From the NCBI RefSeq assembly GCF_001194135.2, contig NC_068984.1, positions 128,166,842-128,230,841 of the forward strand: a DNA stretch of 64,000 nucleotides, written 5' to 3'. The position numbers and the translations under genes are program-made. Shown piece by piece: positions 41,088-54,551 of the stretch (position 1 is the stretch's first letter; the number at the start of each line of letters is the position of its first letter). This stretch comes from Octopus bimaculoides. Lineage: Eukaryota. The notes under the pieces are model-generated. The model worked only from the letters and a program-made list of their open reading frames with translations, was not told where the DNA came from and made no database searches.

Positions 41088-41120
41088 CGTTTTGCTGTGC
41101 TGTTTCTTCATGAGATCTTT
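41088..41120 (-). CDS. HMGA: 33-nt linker exon of the HMGA-like gene (KDLMKKQHSKT)
   Basis: Acceptor gttatgttttccAG, donor ACG|GTgagt, phase 0/0. Same size as the 11-aa spacer exon 4 of vertebrate HMGA2. Confidence 0.7.
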
Positions 41121-42736
41121 CTGGAAAACATAACAATATAATAACATATTAATAAAGTATACCCTAATGTATAGCGTAAGTGGTGTGTTGTAGCTTAGTA
41201 TAACACACTAAAACACCACTACAGCATACTAGAATGAATGCCACTACAACACAGAAGAACACAACTGCTACACAATACTCCAGTAATATACTGTATTTGG
41301 TGGTATAAAAGACACACAAGAATATTAGACAGCAGCCCAATTTTAGTGGCACATATTTGGGAATTAAAGTCTTCAGAGCACTGAAGCGTGTAATACAGAC
41401 CCAACTACATATAAAGGACCAGGGTGATTTTTTTGAGATTATTTCGTTGGGAAAAAGTGCATTTTGGATAGAATCAAATATGGTACTAAAACATCACCAG
41501 AACATTATTACGACCAGCTACAACACTACAACTACAATATTACTACAACATGCTAAGGACACTACAACATGCCAGAACACTACAATAACACACAAGAAAT
41601 CCATTGCAATACACAAGAATACTACATCAACCTACACATTACTCTATATATCCAACTAACTAAAGATGTAGCCTCTAAAAGGTTGTACAATTTGTTAGAA
41701 ATCATAGCCAAATCCTCCTCAAATTGCACCCTAGCATCTTAAAAATTATGTTCTCTGGACACATTGGATAATGTAGTTGAGGGTGCATTATGTCAAAATA
41801 TAAGACAGGAAGGCTATGGCTGGCATACCTGTAATCACAGGTCTATTTGATTCGGATTGACTTAGGATTGAACAAGAAGAACAACAATTGCTGTTAACAA
41901 CTACAACCAGTGATATAGCTAACGGGAGAGCAACCACTTCCCCCAGTACATTTTTCAAAATTAGCACTTTTTCAACAATTTTCTTCAACTCTTTAAGTTC
42001 ACTTGTGTGATAAAAGTTTTTTGCTTATTACACGGTCTTGGGAAAACTTTCTGGAAATGTTACTTTATTTGACCAACCTCCTGTGTTTTTGAACAGTCTG
42101 TTCAATCTTCTGTGATGTGTGTTGGTGGCCGCTGACATCTGAAGAACCAAAACAAACCCTGACATCATAATCTCTCAATACTGGACAATCCCATGGAGTT
42201 TCATCTTTTTCGCATCATACCTATATCAGTAGTTGTAAGTTTCATACATAATGATATTGTTACTGAAATATGAAATTAATATACAATTATGTATATTATA
42301 ACTAATGAAATATTTTGCATAATATATGAGAAATGAGTTAAAAATTGTTTGGTATATGTCACAGCCCCCCCTTTTTTTTTTGTCTTTTCCCCGACTTAAG
42401 AACCTGGGTATGCCTCTGACTACAGCAGGTAGATACATCAACAACACAGTAAAACACAACTAAAACATTGTCTCCATTATGATCAAAGCTGGCATTATCT
42501 TGCAAACCAGCTTCAGTAAAATAAGAAATGGATGACCATCAATTTTGACAATAAGTATTCAGTTGAAATAAAGAACAGATCAGTCCATATAGTCAAAAGC
42601 ATGGCTCTATGGTTAAGAAGCTTGCTTTGCAGCCATGCGATCTAGGGTTCAGTCCAACTGTGCAAGTGTCTTTTAGTATAACCCCAGATTAATCAATGCC
42701 TTGGAAGTGAATTTGGTAGACAGAAACTATGTAGAA

Positions 42737-42943
42737 GGCAGCGAGCTGGCAGAAACGTAAGCACGCGGGGCGAAATGCCTAGCTGTATTTCGTCTGCCGT
42801 TACGTTCTGAGTTCAAATTCCACCGAGGTCGACTTTGCCTTTCATCCTTTCGGGGTTAATAAATTAAGTACCAGTTATGCACTGGGTTGATGTAATCGAC
42901 TTAATCCCTTTGTCTGTCCCCTTGTGGGCAATAAAGAAATTAA
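42737..42943 (+). mobile_element. SINE family C copy nested in a family B relic
   Basis: 13-bp TSD aaactatgtagaa (42724-42736 / 42944-42956). Confidence 0.85.
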
Positions 42944-43319
42944 AAACTATGTAGAAACTCATCATATGTGTGTGTGTGTGTTTATACCATGTTGAATCAG
43001 GAGTGTTTTTTGGATTTTCACTGATGATTTTTGGCAACTTGTGTCTCCATGATATATCATTAATTTGATACAATTAGTTGCCCAATCATTGGTGAATTGT
43101 TTAATCTTAATTTTCATATATAACATAAAACATAATTGTTTATTCTTTACTTTACAGTTTTGATAATGAGGGGTTAAAAAATTGCAATTAAAACCATTTA
43201 ACACTTCCTGTAGAAAAAAGGACTGAGTGTGAGGACAGCAGCAACAATTACATAATCCAATTCAGGTCCAAGAATTTGAAATGCTACCTGCTGAAAGACC
43301 TATTCAAATTCGTTTTCTG

Positions 43320-43522
43320 AGACTGGCCTTCATGCCGGTGGCACGTAAAAGCACCCACTACACTCTCAGAGTGGTTGGCGTTAAGAAGGGCATCCAGCTG
43401 TAGAAACTTTGCCAGATCAGAATTGGAGCCTGGTGTAGCCAACTGGCTCACTAGTTCCCAGTCAAACCGTCCAACCCATGCCAGCATGGAAAGCAGACAT
43501 TAAACGATGATGATGATGATGA
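43320..43522 (+). mobile_element. Short RTE 3' end copy
   Basis: Same 3' end with (GAT)n tail. Confidence 0.8.
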
Positions 43523-43536
43523 TTTTATCTTTGGAA

Positions 43537-43754
43537 GGCAGCGAGCTGGCAGAAACATTAGCACATCGAGTGAAATGTTTAGCGGTATTTCATCTGTCTT
43601 TACATTCTGAGTTCAAATTCCACCAACGTCGACTTTGCCTTTCATCCTTTCAGGGTCAATAAATTAAGTACCAGTTGCATACTGTGGTCAATCTAATCGA
43701 CTGGCCCCACCTCCCCAAGAAATTCTGGGCCTTGTGCCTAGAGTAGAAAAGAAT
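43537..43754 (+). mobile_element. SINE family C copy inserted in the (GAT)n tail of an RTE end
   Basis: TSD attttatctttgg on both sides. Confidence 0.85.
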
Positions 43755-44210
43755 ATTTTATCTTTGGGTATTAGCACTGCTTTTGTTGCTCTATTTATTT
43801 TGTGTGTGTGTTTGTCCCCCCACTATTGCTTAATAACCAGTGTTGGTGTGTTTACATCTCCATAACTTAGCATATTGACAAAAGCGACCAACAGAATAAG
43901 TTCAAGGCTTAAAAAACAAAAAAAGGAGTGGGATCAATTCACTTGACAATCAATGATGTGTTTACATCCCTGTAACTCAATGGTTTGGCAAAAAAAAAAA
44001 AATGATAGAATAAGTTCCAGGCTTCACAGAAATAAGTACTGGAGTCAATACATTTGACTAAAAATTTTTCAAGGTGGTGCCCCAGCATGGCCACAGTTTA
44101 ATGACTGAAACAAGTAAAACATATATATAGATACATTTCAAAATGTAACTACATGTGGATCGTTTTTTTTTCTCCGTCTTCCTTTTCTCATGGACTTTCC
44201 TCTGTCTCCG

Positions 44211-44245
44211 GTTTCTGAGGAAGAGCTTTGCTGAAAACATAAAAC
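44211..44245 (+). ncRNA. Degenerate solo minimal hammerhead motif
   Basis: gttt-CTGAGGA-AGAGCtttGCT-GAAAAC-ATA-aaac, with stem I gttt/aaac. Confidence 0.4.
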
Positions 44246-45229
44246 ACCCTTTCTTTCCTTCCCTGAGTGCTTTTTAATGCTTTGCATGTATCACATCCTC
44301 ACGTTTTTTTTCTTGTTGATTTTTCATTTTTTGGGGATTNNNNNNNNNNATAATTGAGATTCCGTAGAATTAGGTACTTAAATTGAGGCACAAGGCAGTT
44401 CGGTAAAGTTCGTGCAGCTCGAAGTTAGATGAAAAAGCAAAGTTGTGCTAAAAAAAATGGTTTATTCTTTATGTTGGAAATCTATATGGTTGGCTGCTTT
44501 TGAAGGGAGCAGTTTATTTCAAATTGGTGTAATGTTTTCATTAATCGATTAAATAGAGCCGCTTGAAACGGCTGTAATGCACTGATACTTGGACATCCTT
44601 GTTACTTATTTGCTATATATATATGGCCTTGCAGGGTGGCATCATTCGAAGGCTAAAATGATGCAAAGCATATTGTGAACAGTGATATATAACATCTGAT
44701 AGTCTGCTTGGACAGATAATCACATTATATATATATATATATATGTGTGTGTGTATATGTATATGTGTACATGTATATATATATACATATACACAGGTAT
44801 AATAATAATTATTATCATTATATTTGTATAGTAAGGGGTGAGCTGATAGTATTGTTAGCATGCTGAGAAAAATGCTTATCAGCATTTCGTTCATCATTAT
44901 GTTCTGAGTTCAAATTCTGCTGAGGTTGACTTTGCCTTTCATCCTTTCAGGATCCAAAAAATAAATACCAGTTGAGCACTGGGATCGATGTAATTGACTA
45001 ATCCCCTTCCCCTGAAAAATGATCACCTTGTGCCAAAATTTGAAACCATTATGATATCCCTACAGCAAACAAATCAGATAAATCCAATAATGGACAATAA
45101 TGTTTCAAATCAGACCAAAAATGTTTCTACATTCATTTGTTTTGGCAAGGAAGCTTTTTAGAAGTATGTTCAAAGTGTTTTCATTGCCCCACAAAAATGT
45201 TAGTGGGTGCAAGCACACCCCTAGTAGCA

Positions 45230-45960
45230 GTGAGTGCATGATGTGTCAGTGGGGGGATGTATGTCAGTGAAGATAGAGGGCCAGTAGTGACTGGATTGAT
45301 TGATTGTATAGTATGTACCTATGGTATGGTGTTGTATGGCTGTGAAAGTAAAGGACCTGTGATGACTGGAGAGACTATAAGTGCCAGTGGAGTGGTACTG
45401 TATGGCAAAGAACCTGCAGTGAGTAGAGAGTGTATGCTATGTCATGGGGTGATGTATGTTGGTGAAGATAGAGGACTTGTAGTGACTGGATTGATTGTAT
45501 GGTATACAAGGGGTGCTGAAAAGTTCCTGGCTTTGAGTAAAAGAAAATACAAGAGGATCAGTTAATTGTGATTTTATTAAGGATATTCCCCTCTCAGATT
45601 CATACACTTATTGCAGAGGTCCTTCAGTTTTTCTAAGCCCTGTAAAAGAGCTTGGAACGTTGGGTCTTCAACCAGGCTTTTCATGATACCCTTAAAGCCA
45701 GGAACTTTTTAGCACCTCCTCATATTTTGTCCATGGTGCAGTGTTGTATGATTGTGAAAGTAGAGGAGCTGTAGTGTAAGTTCCGGTACAGTGATATTGT
45801 ATGGCAAAGAAGGTAGAGAACTTTTAGCAACCAAAAAAACTGTATGGTGTGATGTTGTATAGTTGTGAAGTAGAAAATTTGTAGTGACTGTATGGTGAGA
45901 GACTGTATTGTGTAGGTCGCAATGGGGTGACACACATATGACAGTGAAAGTAAAGGATCT
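45230..45960. repeat. Degenerate 50-60-bp minisatellite (gtatggtgtgatgttgtat..gtgaaagtagagga..tgtagtgactg) interrupted by a MITE
   Basis: At least six recognisable units. Confidence 0.8.
45507..45722. mobile_element. Mariner-type MITE (about 216 bp, TA-flanked)
   Basis: TIRs ggggtgctgaaaagttcctggcttt / aaagccaggaactttttagcacctcc. Confidence 0.85.
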
Positions 45961-46913
45961 GTAAGGATCAGATAAATTGTATGTTATTCTATTGTTTGTA
46001 TATGATCTTTAGTGACACCAGAAACAATATTTAAAAAATGTTAAGGAGAATATCCTCTGTTGGAGATGTTATGAATATTTAAACATGAACTAAAAATAGA
46101 ATTGGGTATTGCTAACTGGTGATATGTAAGTCTGTTGGGAGAGGTGTAGTATGAGATAATCATAACAAGAGGTAGATGAGGTGAGTATAGGGAGAGATAC
46201 TCTCAGATCTGATGTGATAAGAGGTAAATAATAGAGACAGGCAGATAGACTGACTGACAGTGCATGGATTAAAAGTTGTATTATGATGCCTAGAAAGAAG
46301 TTAGCAGAAATTGGAGCAAGGTGTCTGAGGGAGGAGTTTTGTATGAACGGCAAGGAAGGTAGACAATTGAATCAATTGACTAAAGAAAGCAGTTTGGTGG
46401 ATTGGCTCCTTTCAATCATTTATTTCACAATGAAGAGGGTGGGGGCAAAGATCTATTATCAGGTTTTCTTAATGATTTCTGTTTTCCTAACCCAAGCAGC
46501 TGTTGTAATAGTTCAGGTGAATGCTGTTTTTATCATCCCTACCTACCACAAGGCACCCTACTGACTGCTCTATATATTGCACACCAGCCACTGAGAGATA
46601 TTTCTCGTACACATGTCAAACTAAAACCTACAAAACATTCAGAGCTCTCTCTCTGTCTGTCCCACAATGGAACACACACATGTATATGTGTGGCATATCA
46701 GCAGTGTGTGTGTGTGTATTGTTTGTTTTATGTCAAGTTATATAAGACACAACTTAACATTAAACTGAAGAATTACTCAACACTACTTTTTAGTAGAGTA
46801 TACATTTATGAAACTTTACAAGAGTTACAGTGACTTCAGCTGGCTAGCTTTACATAAACACACATATGCATACATATATAAAATCATGTGCATCTATATA
46901 CCTGTTTCATGTA

Positions 46914-46949
<36 letters not shown>

Positions 46950-46955
46950 ACAAAA

Positions 46956-47171
46956 CAAGAGAGTGCAGAAAAGTTCCTAGCTTTAAGAGTATCGCAAAAA
47001 GCCTGGTTGGAGACCCAACTGTCCAAGTATTTTACAGGGTTTAGAAAAACTAAAGGACCATTGCAATAAGTGTGTGAATATGAGAGGGGAATATGTTGAA
47101 TAAAATCATAATTAGCTGATTCTCCTGTATTTTCTTTTACCCAAAACTAGGCACTTTTCAACACCCCCTCA
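46956..47171. mobile_element. Mariner-type MITE copy (opposite orientation to 45507)
   Basis: Same TIRs and internal sequence. Confidence 0.8.
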
Positions 47172-47944
47172 TATGTGCATATATATATTTCTTAAATTAA
47201 GATAATCAACATGAAAACCTTGTGTGGGAAACAGAATTCATGGTCATAAACTAATTCACAGTCTTTAGCAACAGATTTATTCTCCTACAAACAACAGAAC
47301 ATACCCATAGCAACATGCAATACCTAACATTATCCTACCAAATTCCCTTTAATCTTCTTTCCTCTCCTGTCAGACATACATCCCCATATACACATGAAAA
47401 TGGCCTCATTAGGCTTCGCCAGTGAAGAGAGCGCTTACTCCTGAAGTGACATCCAAGTTATAACCGCTAACTTGTAAATACACGACCTAAATAAACTGTA
47501 TGGTGAACCAGAAGTCCTATGTTCAAACTCCTCACACAGCACACCATTCAACATTCTACGCTATTAGTACTTGTTTAGCTCCAGGTCAACCCTGATTGAG
47601 CAGATCTATGGTTAAAGTTATTCCACAATAGTCATCGTGCCTGCTTTAAAAAATTTTTTTTTTTTTTTACATAGGCTTGGTCCTAGCTGTGGTTAAGAAG
47701 CATGTTTTATAACCATTTCTCCCCCATGTTGAGTGCAGATATTTTTCACTCACAATGGGATAATGGGATTCTACATAGATTTTTGTTAATGTTAAATGCC
47801 TTGTCAGTGAGCTTGGTGGCTGGAAACTGTGCAGAAGTTTGTCATATATACATATATGTGTGCAGGTGTGGTTGTGTGGTAAGAAGTTTGCTTCCTGGTT
47901 CACTCCCACTGCATCTCATCTAGTTTAATTCTATTCCTAATCAA

Positions 47945-48720
47945 TTGAGCTGTATCTTTATAATTTTTGCAACCTGGTCCAGTAGCTTGATACCTTTCTA
48001 GTTGTTTCTAAGGCACCACCTTTACTCTTGTAGCAACTATAATACTTACTACACCAGTCATTGGGGATGGCATCTTCCTGAATTAACTATATGATGATTA
48101 GACTGTATCCTATACTGCCAGATATTTTAATCATCTCAGCAGTGATTCCTGATGGACCAGGGGCTTTCCGTTTTATCCTTGATTGCCTTATCTATTATAC
48201 TGCTACCAACTCTGATGGTTGGCTCCTCAATTGGTTTGATATTTGAAAGGCTCCCCTTTTCCCATGCATTTTTTTACATTTACTAACCTTTCATAGTGGC
48301 ACTTCCATGCCGCTTTCTTCTCTGAGTCACTAAGTGCAAGCATACCATTATCCATTCACACTGCTTTACAATCCTGAACCTCATGCTGTAGAACATTTAC
48401 AAATCTCTTACCTTCTATGTAAACCTGATGCCTAGCTGCTCTTCTAGTTACCTGCTATAATTTTCTGCTTCCACCATTTTCCAGGCCTGTCTCTTTGCTT
48501 TTATAGCACAGCCTACCTTTTTGTTCCACCACCATGTCACCCTCAGCCTAGCTGAGACTTTGTACCAGCCACAAATATGATCTGCGGCCATCAGTAGATT
48601 GTCCCACAGGAACTTCCAATCTCAGCTTAATTTTGCTCAATCAGAACTGATCTGGGATTAACTCTTTTGATACCAAATCTTCTGCGATTGCTTGTGCTCA
48701 AATCTAATTTAAAACCGTCC
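47945..48720 (-). mobile_element. Decayed RTE LINE ORF relic (linker and RT N-terminus)
   Basis: Minus strand gives KAPGPSGITAEMIK, AIPNDW, SKGGAL, GIKLLDQVAK and AIKAKRQAWK, with stops and frameshifts. Confidence 0.8.
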
Positions 48721-49120
48721 ATCAGAAACGTTTGCTATGTTTAGTGCATCAGACAAAAGGCTTAACAGGATTTCTTCCAGCCCTTTATGTTCTGGCTTCT
48801 TAATGGTTTCAAATTTTGGCACAAAGCCAACAATTTTAGGGAGAAGGATTTAGTTGACTACAATGACCCCAGTGTTCAACTGGTACTTATTGTAATGACC
48901 CAGAAAGAATGAAAGGCAAAGTCAACCTCAGTAGCATTTGAATTCAAACAGAAAACAAGAGATGCTGCTGATTATTTTGTCCAGCATGGTAACATTTCTG
49001 CTAGCTCACTGACTGAAAAGATAATGATTTTACCAAATCATTAAAAATTCTTTTCAAAATTAAATGAACCATGTGGTCAATGTATATCGTTTAGCAAACA
49101 GGTTAATGTAAAAGTCAAAC

Positions 49121-49440
49121 CAGGGGTTCCCAAACTTTTTCAGACTTCTGCCCCCTTGTCTCCCAGGCCCCATTCCCTCACACCAAATCTCTTTCTCCTG
49201 CAAATTCAAAACTTTATTTCCAAATAAAACTTAGTTACCCCATTATTCTGCTGCTTTTACAATATGAAAAAGTAAGTTTATATCACACCTGAAACTATGT
49301 TGCCTTTGTATTTTTATTGCAGCGGATATACCTTGTGCAGGGATATCAGCTTCTCGACACTAAGTAATCTTAGATCCCCATTTTCAATAATTTTCAGTCT
49401 GGTTTTAAGAAGCTGGGCAGCTGTACATCAATGAACCACT
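49121..49440 (+). mobile_element. hAT-like element end (partial)
   Basis: CAGGGGTTCCCAAACTTTTT terminal motif at 49121; the other end is unclear. Confidence 0.4.
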
Positions 49441-52191
49441 AGGTTAAACAATATCAACAACCAGCCACCTATAGCTGTGTAACCTCAGTCGGTTCTCATC
49501 AAGCAAACTAATCACAGAAGGTAATTGGTTAAAATCTCACTTCACCAGAATTGACTAAGGATACAGCTGCAATGGCAACAACAGTTGTTTATCTTTATGC
49601 CATAAGAACATTCAAGTAGAGGGTGACTGGCATTTCTTTCCACAGACAACAATGACCACTCGTAACTTACAATCTCTCTGTGTGTGGCACTTAAATATTC
49701 TCTTTATCTTTTGTTTCAGTTACTGGACTGTGGCCATGCTGGGGGCACCACCTTGAAGGGTTTAGTTAAACAAATCAACCCCGGTGCTTATTCTCTCAGT
49801 CTCTTTTGCTGAACTGCTAAATAATAGCGATGTAAACAAACCCAAAGACATATACATACATGTGTACGTATATATGTGAGTGTGCATGTATATGGTGGTA
49901 CAAAAAAAGAAACTAGTACACACCGTAAGGCAGTTGGTATTAGGAAGGGCATCAAGCCATACAAACCACACCAAAGCTAACATTGGAGCTCAGCACAACC
50001 CTACACCGGATCCTACTAAACCAACCAACCCATGCCAGCATGAGAAATGGATATAAAACGATGATACAGTATAGTTGATCAAATTGATCTGACTACTTGA
50101 ATGATACCAATTTTTCAACTCCAAAAAGATTTGAACTCGGAACATAAAGGGAGGTAACTCAATCCACACGGTATTTTTGTCTGGTGCTCTATCGACTTTG
50201 CCAATTCACTACTTTTTACGTTTCTTTAATAATGAGGTAAATTTCCTACAAGTGGATGCTCTTCTTGTTACCAGCCCTTACCTGTCTCCAAACAAGGTAA
50301 TATTTCATGATGCCCAAACATGTTTCCACAGATAATTGGAAATGAATGACATTCATTTACAATAATCACATGATGTCAAGATAAGGACACACACATGAAT
50401 ACAATGGGTTTTTTCTTTTAGTTTCCATCTAACAAGAATAGTGGCATGCAGCTGAACTGGAACCACAAACTTCTTAACCACACTAATGATTAACAAGTTT
50501 TAAGTGTTATAAGAAAAGAAACTCATTGGATAATGTACTCCAGGGTATATACTATACTCGAAAAATGACAGGATAGTCATAGTTGACCTGGAGCTATACA
50601 TCAACAATAAAAACAACAGAAGACAATATAAAAAGCAAATACAATAGGGGTGTTTTTTTTTTGTTTTTTTTGCTAAAAACAAAATATGAAGGGAAAATTT
50701 TACAACTTTATTCATTTTGAGTTTAAAAATGATTTTATTTCAATTTTGTAAGAAAAATTCTGATGACAACTGGAACATTTGAAAATGGAATGTGTTGTTG
50801 GGAGGTAGAATTCTTGTAATATGACTTTTATGGACTAATAAAACTGATATTCTCAGCTATTTCACAATCCTTGTTCCAATAAAAGAAAAGTGATAATGGT
50901 TTATGGGAATGGTTTGAGGATGGTTTGGTGGTCCTCTTTCAACAACACTTCATCTTTTGCCATAAAATAGAAGTAGAGGGCGGTATTTTAAAGAATGGAG
51001 TGCAGTTGCTTTTATAAAGAATAGAAAGTACTAGTGACTATGGAGATAGATGTGTAGAAGTATCAACAGGGCATTAGAGGCTGGTGACAGAAGGACAAAT
51101 ATAGGTGGAGACGTGTCTTTGAAGATATACAAGAAGGTATGTCAGAGACAGTCCAGGTGTCAACGGAGACACACAAGTACAGCGGAAATGGTGAAGTACA
51201 GATGCGTATGAAAACAAGCATAAAGATGTCTGTGGAGGCAGGGATACAGGTACCAGTGGAAACTCAAATGTACCAGGTGCCAGTGAATACAGGAATACAA
51301 GTATCAATGGCTATAGGAATACAGGCACCAGCAGAGACATGAAAGTATAATCGTCAGTCTATAGAGATAAAGGTGTTTTCTGTTAACAGTTAATGTAAAA
51401 ATATTGATGTCTATAAGAATAGAGGAGTGTTGGAGTCTGCAGAATAAATAAAGGAATATTTGTACAGATAAAGGCACAGGGGTAAAGGAGCTTCTAAAGG
51501 CACAAGAGTATTTGGTGTTTATAAAAGCAGAAGAGCTTTGATGTTTATTCTTGTCTTACTACAATAATACCAGTTACTCTAACAGCAGGTAAATATTTGA
51601 CAATTTTGAAAGAAAAGGTTTGGAAGTCCAAGATACAATTAACATATAATTAACAGTGTAATTGTATTAAATCTTTCAGTTAAATGTAAGAATAATTTAT
51701 TCACATTGTTTTGAACATATCATCTTGTATCTTCAAAATTGAATATGACATATTGTAGCTTTGAAATTTCAATGATGTGATTGTTTATTTTTAGAATGAA
51801 TTGTAAGGTAGGTACGGAGGCAGGATCTGGCCAGTTTGAACATAAAACAGGTTGAATATTTGGGTCTGATATGGCTAAATGGTTAAAGAAATATTTCTTT
51901 CAGAAGTAATACTGATGCTTGTTGAAGTGAAGTGAATGCATTTTTTCACAATCCAATGTATTAGAGATGTAATTCAAGAACATGATATCTGAATATAAAA
52001 CTAACCTTGTGTAATTCTGCTTCAAAGAATTAGCAATTAACTCTATCTGGGATTGGCAAAATCTAACATAAAATGGTTTAAAATAGTTTTTGGTAAAAAA
52101 TAGTTGGAATATGAGTATGTTCCTGTGAAATTTGTTGTTTATTATATAGAAAGAGAACTATCTAAATCATTGACCATCAAAGAACATTGGT

Positions 52192-52420
52192 ATAACCCTT
52201 TAGCAATCAGATTACTTTGTCATATTTAATACTTATTCATTCACATTGTCTTGAATTAAACATGCATTATATTCTAACTTCAAGATTTCAATGATCTGAC
52301 TGTTTATTTTTAAAATTACACTGTAGGATAGGTGTGACAGGTCAGATCTGGCCAGATTTAACATATTCAAGTTGAATATTTAAGTCAGATATGGCTGGTT
52401 TAAATGCTAATGTGTTAGAT
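52192..52420. mobile_element. piggyBac-like MITE copy
   Basis: taaccctttagcaatcagattac...ggtttaaatgctaa. Confidence 0.65.
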
Positions 52421-53481
52421 AAAAGAACTCTAATATTCTTTTTAAGGACTGCAGGAGAGTACTGGAGTACTAGTGTCATTGTAACAGTTTTTTTACATTA
52501 GTCAATTAAATCTTAACATCAAATCCTCTTCTTTATGTAATTAACAGTGAGAGTTGATCATCTCCTGTAGGAGTTCACAATGAACTCCTGAGCAGACACC
52601 TTTGAAACTCTTTAACAGTGATGTTGTGAATTCTTAGGCAGACACTCATCCTACATAAAAGTTTACAGGCATCACACTACTCAGCTGTTTAAAAGTAAAA
52701 GTATGGCTACATCATGGGTAGACACCCTTCAGGCTATATGACTTAATTTGTGAGTAGATGCCTCTGGAGCTATGATGAGAGTATGATTAGTTCGTGGGTT
52801 GATCCTTTTAGGTGACCTAACAGCAAGGGTGTGGTCAACAACACTTTCCAGTTCATGAAACATGATAAAGATAACATTTTAGAAAACTGAGTGAAACTTT
52901 AATGCTCTAAAAACAACAAAACAAATGTGTGTGTGGTTAGGCATGTAAGTAAATGCATGCATGTGTTTTCTGTGAGTGATTTATAAGAGTTGAAATATGT
53001 TTGTATTTGTTCTTGTGTGTGTGTGTGTGCACATGTATGTGTATATGTGTAGTGAATGTATGCATGCGTTTGTGGAGGTTGTAATATGTGTATAAGCATT
53101 GTATGTGGTATGTATATGTGAGTACATGCACACACATGCAACAGTAAACAGCATTGTACAGACTGTAAGCAACAAAACAAAATTGTGTGTGAACATTGCA
53201 TGCGGTACGTACATATGAGTATGTGCACACACATGCAAAGGTTAACAGCAATGCACAGACTGTAAGCAGCAAAACAAAATTAATAACAAAATTAATAGCT
53301 TAAGCAAGAGAACAAAACAACAGAAAGCACAAGAGATACAGAAACAGAAAGTTATCCAACAGTTTGTCTATCAGATAAAGATAAGACCACGAAGGCTATG
53401 GTATAGTTGGTTGTGACTGATGTTTAAACTTTCTATAACCCAATCATGGTCTTTTATATGGTACTGTATCTCTAGTCCATA

Positions 53482-53680
53482 TCGATAATCTTTGTTACTA
53501 TGTCACAAGTCTTTTGTACAGGAACATATCTCAAGTCTTTGGTACAACACACTACTACAAGTCTTCTGTATAGTGCCATATCACGAATCTTTTTTATAAA
53601 ACACTATACCCCAAGTCTTTTGTGAGACATCATATCACAAGTCTTTTATTGGGCTCAGAATCACAAATCTTTTGTGAGAC
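53482..53680. repeat. Tandem array of about 26 bp with a conserved (c)aagtctttt core
   Basis: Cores at about 53507, 53533, 53559, 53586, 53613, 53639 and 53665. Confidence 0.85.
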
Positions 53681-54551
53681 AACTGTCTGTAGATTTGTTC
53701 TTGGACAGTTGTAAAAACTAATTACTATTTTACCAAAAGAAGGTAAAAAATGACCTTTCTGACATGACATCAGTAAAATGGTTTTGATGACAAGATTGTG
53801 CAGTATATTGCAACTGCTGTGTAGAGATACTGTTAGATAGATTAGCTAAAACATTCTTATTATCATTATCAAGGCAATATAAGAGCCTTTACATGATCGC
53901 TCAGCCTGCAAGAAATGGCAGCTAAATATCTCTCAAGTCACACCCTACCAATCTTAAAAAGGAAGGATACATGGGAATGTAGCTGTAGATACACTGTCTG
54001 AAAATATAATAAGATAAAGTGGTCACAGGTGGAACGTCTTTGATTTATTAGTCTGTTCCATTAGGGCTGGACTGGCACTAGCAACACCAAAAATAACAAA
54101 CACCAGCATTTGAAACAGTTTTCTGGCTTAACATAGATGAGAGAATTCGAATCAACTGGAAATGAGATAAACTAAAAAAAAAGCTTATTACCTTTACACT
54201 GTGATACCCAAGGGAAACAGTAAAGAGAATGAACTTTACAATAAGAGATGAAAGTGGTAACAGACAAATGAAATATAAATCGTATTAGTGATGAGAGTTG
54301 ATGAAAAGAAATTAGTATTAATGAGTAGAGAGAATACTGTATTTAGTTAATACCAGATTAGTAAAACATTAACAGACAGACACAATTCATACATACTAAA
54401 TATTACAAGCATGTAAACACACACACAGACTGACATCCACAAGTATACACATACACACACACACACACACACAGGTACTTTAATTAAAAAACATGCCAGT
54501 AAATTCTTCTTCAAGCCCCTTTGCTGTAGTTCTACAACAGAAGTGCATAGA

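Noticed and set aside
41829-41860. 32-nt candidate exon that would restore the frame after the 61-nt exon
   Set aside because: Contains TGA in the required phase.
53482-53680. CRISPR-like repeat-spacer appearance
   Set aside because: Eukaryotic context, very short degenerate cores and spacers, no leader or cas genes.
54000-54551. SECIS element to support Sec at the in-frame TGA
   Set aside because: No convincing AUGA/AA/GA kink-turn hairpin could be identified by eye; needs SECISearch.
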